Source: Nemertoderma westbladi
Lineage: Eukaryota > Animalia > Xenacoelomorpha
Assembly (NCBI GenBank): GCA_032718475.1
Contig: JAUCBJ010007107.1
Location: forward strand, 8,721 to 72,720
DNA length: 64,000 nt
Direction: 5' to 3'
Shown here: piece after piece, positions 57,094 through 64,000 of the stretch
How positions within the stretch are numbered: the stretch's first letter is position 1
How the letters are laid out: every line of letters starts with the position of its first letter
The notes under the pieces: model-generated
Database searches by the model: none
Told to the model about the DNA's origin: nothing
Seen by the model: only the letters and a program-made list of their open reading frames with translations
Position numbers and translations under genes: made by a program

Positions 57094-59857
57094 TAACGAA
57101 CATTATTGAATAAAACGTACGGTACAGCGATATACTGATATAGTGGTACAAAATAAATTGAACTGCAGTATTTTACTATGTTGCTTCCATAGTTACTGCA
57201 ATTCAAATTAATGTAGGCTTCTTCAACTCCTGATATGCTGCCTCACTCAACGTTAAATAATTTAGTGTTCTCGAATATTTATTACGTAAGTAGAGAGCCG
57301 CTTAACTACATAAACCAATATTGGATATTTATTGAGTTCCGTTTTGGAGTTCGCCTTGCAGACACTAAAGTTGCTATAACTTTTGAGTGTGTGAATGGAT
57401 TTTGCTCAAATTACGTGCAAACCTTTTCTACGTCAATGCTCTTTGAACACATTCAATAAAATTTAAGGAATTCCACCAAAAATATTTAATTTTACTGTGC
57501 TTTTTTCGCAGGGAAAAAAAGTAAAACCAATGCAATACTATGGGCTACTTTTTACAGATTTTGGTCTAGATTAGAGCGAAAAAGTAACAATTTAACAATA
57601 AAACTTGTTTTTGACAAATTGTGTGCTTTTTAGAAATCAAATCGTACTGTATATTAAATTATTATAATATAAATATCTTTATTTGTTATAATTAATTCAA
57701 ATTCAGGTTATACTGTAACTCAAATACAAACTACATAAAAATTTACCCTGAAGTTTAATAAAACGTTTTTAATAATGTACACAATTGACAGTCATCATAA
57801 TGCTGCTTGCTGATTCATTCACAGAATAAAGTTATTATTACTGCAGGCCTATATTGTTGTGTTAAATGCTGTATGGAGTCCTGCAGTTTCTTTAGTATAA
57901 GAATCAATACAAGTGAGGTTGTGTTGTTATAAAATACTGTACATTCGATCAATTACAAACTAGAGAATTGTGGCAATGTTAATTATTTCATAGAGTTATG
58001 TACTGTGGGGCGAGCCAAGAAAATAAGCGAGCTTAGCATAAGGGTACCCGTACCACTATCTCAATCGGTGTGTCTGTCGTTCTTAGATCCGTGTTATTAA
58101 ACGTTAATAACTCAACCAATCCCCGATGAAATATAACCAAACTTGGTACACATGATGTTTGGCAAAAGTTTAGAAATTTTCCAAGTTGAATTAGCATGTG
58201 GTCTTAGAGAAGCTGAGATAAATGCAGTTAATTAAGTTGATTACGCTAAAAATAACAACAAATAACAGCATTTTCAAACTGCTTCTTAAAGGATATTAAT
58301 TACTTTATAGTACAGTACACCATGGCCCGTAATATAAGTATCATTTTCTGAATCCACGGACCCCCCCCCCCCCCAGATTTTTCTACAAAACTTTATCATA
58401 TTGCTTGAAGTTTGGAACACAACTGCTTCCACTCAAAAGCTTGCGTTGCAAGGATTCGAAATAAGTAACAATATCTGAATGATGTTTTGGAACATTTTGT
58501 TTAAGTATGAATAACAGCTATATTAGATAGGAATGCCGCTGTTGCCAACCAACTCATAAAATACATAACACATTCTAGAATTTTGTGTACTTATCAAATA
58601 GAATAAATAGCCTACAGCGAATGATTGCTCTTGCAATCTTTGAACGCCTATATCTCAGCTGTTTCCCAACGAAATTAAGATATTGTTAAATATTTCGAAA
58701 CCTTGCAACGCAAGCTTTTCAGTGGAACTAATTGTGTTTCAAACTTCAACTACTACTACTACTACTAGGATTGGCATGCTGCATTGCAGTTGCATTATTA
58801 AGGATGCTGTGCCGGCTTATCGACAAAATTGCACCGCCACAACTCCCTATCACCCATGACATTTGCTAGATCATCCGCATCTTCAAGGCCAGTGTCCTTT
58901 AAGATGCGTCTCAAGAAAGTCATGGGCTGTCCACCATGCTTATTCACTCCTTGAGGCTGCCAAAGTACAAGATTATGCACTGGCTGGTCCTCACGGCGAA
59001 AACAATGTCCTGCAAAGCGGATGCGATTTTGTTCTAGTGTCAAGCTTGGGGGAACCAATGAGACACCTCCAATGTTATATAGTGTCTGGTTGGAGATGTG
59101 TGCATTGTACTTGACACAATGAACCCGGCGTAGCATTCTTGTGAATGTGCCATCCATAGATTTGGTGTCCTCTGCAGTTAGAGCCCAGCATGGACTCCCA
59201 TAGAGGAGTACTGGAACTACTGCCGCTCTAAATAATCGGACCTTAAGTTTCCGATTAATTCTCGGTGACTTCCAAATCCCGGAAAGCCTATTCAAGGCTG
59301 CCCATGCCTTTCCCTTGCGTATTCGAAGGTCCTCACCTGACTTCCGGATCCATGATCCCAGGTAACAGAAGTCATCCACATGCTCAAGCATACCATCTTT
59401 TAAGCTTATGCTCATCCGATCAGAGACTTGCTGAGGACTTTCAAAGTTAACTGTCAAAATTTTGGTCTTTCTGGAGTTATTAAAAAGACCAACACTAGAA
59501 GCAGCATGTTGTGATGAGATGAGGAGCCGTTGGGCTCCCTCTAGTGATTCTGAGAGTACTCCTAAGTCATCAGCAAAGTCTAGATCAGTTAGGTACTTGG
59601 CAGGATTTCCTCGACTTCTGGAGCCTATCATCGGTGGAGTTATCATCACCCCATCATCATTATGATGATCTAAGGACATGCGTAGAACATAGTCAACAAC
59701 AATTATGAACAAGAATGGTGCAAATGTGTCTCCCTGGAGGACGCCCCATAACACTTCAAATGGTTCTGTGTCACCGTCAACAGTAGACACAAATGTTGTC
59801 GAACCATCGTATACTGATCTGATTGCTGCAATAATTTCGTCAGGAATCCCATATAAT

Positions 59858-62853
59858 ATAATATATTTGTATATTTACTTCAACATGTACACAAAAGTAC
59901 AATTGTTGATTGTAACATAGTCAAAACTTATTGCACCAGATGAGTATAATAATAATAACCCTTCACCAGAAGGAACTAGTGTATCTCAGAAGGCATATTG
60001 TATTTAGTGTAGTTATACTTAAATTGAATTGTAACTACGTCTAGAGTGTATGTTAATTTTGGCCTAAAATTATGGAGCGAAGTGAAAACGCGTTGTACAA
60101 AAACAGGGAGAGATTTTTAACTATTGTTGGATCGGTGTACTGTAGAATCCTACGGTATTTGTACATAGATGGGAACCTACTGTATTGGGGTGGCAGGTAT
60201 TGTTCGCGTAAGCTACTGTATATTGGGCATTCGAGAAGGAAGTGGTATTCTGATTCAATACGCCCCAAGTTGCATACTGGACATAGCCTGTTCAACCGTG
60301 GGATATTGTACCAACGTCCTTCTTCGATTTTTAATCTATGTGAAGTGCATCGGAAACTAGCTATTGTACGTTTCAGAGTGGGGTAATTTTTAAGAACTAT
60401 AAGGTACGGTTCGGTTCGAAATGTATCTTTGACATAAAAGTCGCCTTTTGGGGAATTCTCTAGGGTTGACCACCAATTTTGGATAAACTGACTCTGTAGC
60501 GTATCCCTCACCTTTGCTAGGAACTCCCTCCCGTTTGGTACTGATTGCGCTTCCCAAGCCCAAGAAAATCCCAAATTATTAAGTGTATCCCGAACCCCTG
60601 ACGTCCAATTTGGAACCCTTTGAGAATTAAGCCCTTCCACTGATATGAGATATACCCGTTTTACTAATCTATATGATGGCAATGACAATAATCGTAACCA
60701 GAATTTTATAATCCCAATGGTTCGGTCAATTGTCAACGGGAAGACACCGATTTCTCCATAGACTATAAAGTCTGGCGTTGAAGTTTTCACACCCAAAACA
60801 TTTTTCAGAAATTTCAGCTGTAGTTTTTCTGTGTCCCTCCCTTTTGTGAATCCCCATACCTCAGATCCATACAGCAAAATAGGCTTAATCAAACTGTTAA
60901 AGAGATGTCGTTTTAGGTCAAAACCGATGTTTGGGAATGAGTTCATATAGCGGCAGAGCGTGTAGTAAGATTTGTTTGCCTTCTCAGTCAATATTTCTTG
61001 AGCCTTAACCCTATTAGTACCGGGCTATAAAATGCAGTACAAATACCGGGGGGGGGTCATATTGACCCCTCCCTCTAAAATCTACAAAAATTAACGAAAA
61101 CGTCTGATTTTTTGTTTGTACGTATGTATCACTAGTCTGGATCCGACCGAAAAAAAAAATTTTCAAAAAAATGTACTGGAGTGGTAATATTGCAGCACCA
61201 AAATTACAAGTAGTGCACAATTTTCACAAAATTTGAAAGTTACATTTTTCGGCTAATTGTTTTTCAATACAGGTTTTCTGGGGCGCAAAATACATTGGAA
61301 AATATTTAAAAATGATATGATTACCATAAATGGCTGTTTAGTCCTCTATGCGTAGGAAAAAATTGAAAAAAACAAGTAACCAGCACTTTTCAGTTAGAAC
61401 ACAAAATTTTTAATTCACTTATACGATGCTATAAATTCACATTTTTAGGTTTTCTAGGGCGCTGATTCTAATGGAATACATTTCAAATATGCCAGATCAT
61501 TGCTACTTGTATTTTTCGGCGTAATTTGGCAAATTTTGGTGCTAGCACCAAATTTCGTACCCATCACCAAAAAGTACAAGTTTGCGATGTCCAGTGCTGT
61601 TTTTATTGTTTCCATCGGATTCAGGACCCTCATAAACCCGTATAACGCAAGAAACAAGATGATACTATCTACTGATCAATTTACTAATTTTCCAAAATTT
61701 GTTGCAAAACAAAAATTTTCACCCACCGGCGAAAAATACAATTTTGAAAACTCTTATGAAATTTTTACTGATTCCATTGAATTCAGAACCCTAACAAACC
61801 CGTATAACGCAAGAAACAAGATGACACAATCAATTGATATATTTGATGGTTTTCAAAATTTGGTGCTAGCACCACATTTTGCACCCACTTCCGAAAAATA
61901 CAAGTTTGAGATGTCTAGTTCGATAATTATATATTCCATTGAATTCAGAACAGCCATAAACCTCTAAAATGCAAGAAATATATTGTCACAAGCAATTTTA
62001 TCTATTGAATGGATTTTCAAAATTTCGTGCTAGCACCAAAATTTGCACACAGCACCGAAAAATACAAGTTTGATACGCTTGGTGCAACTCGTATATATTT
62101 CATCGAAACCAGAACCCCAAAAAACCCCAATTACGTAAAAAACAAGTTTCAAACAATCAATTTACAAAATTGACATATTTCAAAATTTGGTGCTGGCACC
62201 AAAATTTGGCACCCGCCGAAAAAAACAAGTTTGAAATTTCTAAATCAATTTATATGAATTCCATCCAATTGCTAACACCAAAAAACCGGTGTAAATCAAA
62301 AATAGAGATGTTACAATTAATATTTAATGAAATGTAATTTTCAAAAAACGTCTCAAAAAAAGTGCCAAAAGTAGGGTTAAAAAATGGTGCTATAACTCGA
62401 AAACTACCCAATATTTTTGAAAACGGTTTTCACTACTAGGAAGACAATAGATTTTTAGGAAAAGTCATAAAATTTCAGAATCCCAACTGCGTTTGTTTCA
62501 GAATTATAATAAAAAAACCACGGGAGGGGTCATATTGACCCCCCCCCGGGTTTAATAGGGTTAATAAATTTTCCTGTTGAAGTAAAGGTAATTCCAAGGT
62601 ACGTGTAATGAGGTACAACTTTCATACCTACTCCTTTATATGTCCAAGTTTCATGTGCCGCTTGGGTGCCCCCTTGTCTAAATATAACAATATTTGATTT
62701 AGTCAAATTTACAGTCAAGCCCCAAAAATTACAGTAGCAACCTAGAGTATCAAGTGAAGCTTGCAACCCCGCCACAGTATCAGCCAGTAGAACAATATCA
62801 TCTGCAAAAAGTAGCAGATAGAGTTTAAATAAGCCAACGTCTACACCAGTGGC
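59858..62853 (-). mobile_element. 5'-truncated LINE (RTEX-like) nested in the RTE and itself split by a piggyBac MITE
   Basis: 'LLFADDIVLLA', 'YTYLG', 'LLYGSEVWG' and C-terminal 'RLCPVC...ESEYHFLLEC'. Candidate TSD ATAAT (59853-59857, 62854-62858). Confidence 0.8.
61009..62560. mobile_element. piggyBac-type non-autonomous element (second copy, opposite orientation)
   Basis: TTAA at 61005-61008 and 62561-62564; CCCTATTA termini. Confidence 0.9.
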
Positions 62854-63715
62854 ATAATGAATGTATGCTGAACATACGTGAGCGAGAGACTGAATCAAAG
62901 GCCTTGAAGAAGTCAACAAAGATAACAGCCAGATGCCTGTCTTTCTTTTTTGATAATTATTTTATATATAATTATTATTAATTATATAATTATTTTTTCA
63001 ATTATCCTTCTAAGTACCAAAATAGGCTCCATGGTCGCACGACCTTTACGGAACCCATTCTGATTTCCACGGATCAGTCTCTCAATGGGATCCCTGATGC
63101 GATTTAATAGAATTCTATTGTATAGCTTTGCAGCAATCGAGATCAAATGAGATTCCCCGAAAAGAACCATAGAGTGTTAGGTTGGCCTTCTTGGGAACTG
63201 GCACCAACTTATTTGTTTTCATTTCTTGTGGGACTCTTGTTGTTCGGTACATGTCTACTATGATGGGATATATGAGCTTAAAACACTCAGGTATTTTAAA
63301 GACCTCAGGGGGAACACCATCTACTCCACTGGCACGATTGGTATTAATGCTCTTTGCAGCAGCCTTCACTTCTGCAGAGGAGATATCACCAATGGGAATA
63401 TCTGGGAGTACAGACTCAGACACTTTTACTTCTATAAAGTTATCAGGCAATACCCTGTCAATATTGAGGAGCTTTTCAAAGTGGGCCATCCAACCATTGA
63501 GGCGATCGGCTGGTAATTCAGCCTTAACCTTGGTGGTTGGTTGGCTTTTTCGACCAGCAAGCAAGTTGATCGATCTCCATGCCTGGGATGATTGCCTGCT
63601 GTCGTCAGCATCATTGATGGCATCAACCTGTTGGTTTATTAACTCCTGTAAATTAAAAGAGTACTGCCTGTTCAGGGACCTAGATACAGCCTTAACTACA
63701 TTCTTGGTCGCTGTT

Positions 63716-64000
63716 GAGAACCCTCCAGGAGAAATACCGGCTCGGTCGTCGCCCGGGTCAACAAGGACCGCGTCCCTCAGTGGTACACCAGGCTGGGGTC
63801 GATAAATTGGCTACTGGAACAGAAGACAGAGAAGAAAGAAGAACCAACCTGTTGAAATGTAAAAAGACACTAAAGATTGCTACAATGAACGCACGCACGC
63901 TGAAAGAACATACCAAATAGGGTGACATGGTCGCTCTGGCAATGGAATATAACATCGACATCATCTGCATCCAAGAACATCGGATTTGTCATGAAGACAC
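63716..64000 (+). mobile_element. LINE 5' region and start of AP-endonuclease on the plus strand (runs off the window)
   Basis: 'LKIATMNARTL...*GDMVALAMEYNIDIICIQEHR' is an APE N-terminus with one in-frame stop. Confidence 0.8.

Larger units (their letters stand above)
58749..63715 (-). mobile_element. RTE-type LINE (RT region, frameshifted), interrupted at 59858-62853
   Basis: (TAG)n tail. RT motifs 'QNGFRKGR', 'FVDFFKAFDSV', 'YGIP', 'GVLQGDTFAPFLF' and 'LDFADD' run on across the nested insertion. Confidence 0.9.

Noticed and set aside
61454-61967. Transposase in the piggyBac-type elements
   Set aside because: The ORFs derive from internal repeats and have no DDD motifs.

Overview
AT-rich metazoan (probably invertebrate) genomic window made almost entirely of transposable elements. 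Host content is limited to the 3' end of a WAPL-like gene (1-633) and a Cys-rich, probably membrane-anchored orphan ORF (9899-10576, minus). Two young BEL/Pao LTR retrotransposons dominate. Element 1 (13231-32316) is intact, with 2203-bp LTRs, a GGTGG TSD, a 2812-aa gag-pol and a second ~1235-aa non-env ORF with three CCHC knuckles. Element 2 (38070-52597, ACTTT TSD) is non-autonomous, has three LTRs, has lost RT/RNase H/integrase and keeps a decayed homologue of the same ORF2. Neither element has a tRNA-type PBS: in both, the 11 nt after the 5' LTR are complementary to an 11-nt site inside the element's own LTR, suggesting self-priming. Their gag-pol is also strongly enriched in GGTAAG 5' splice-site motifs. 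The rest is nested TEs: a Gypsy relic, RTE/RTEX/CRE LINE fragments, piggyBac-, IS3EU- and Harbinger-type MITEs, a tRNA-SINE, a solo LTR and Tc1/mariner-type excision footprints. All family calls are by motif recognition only, with no database searches.
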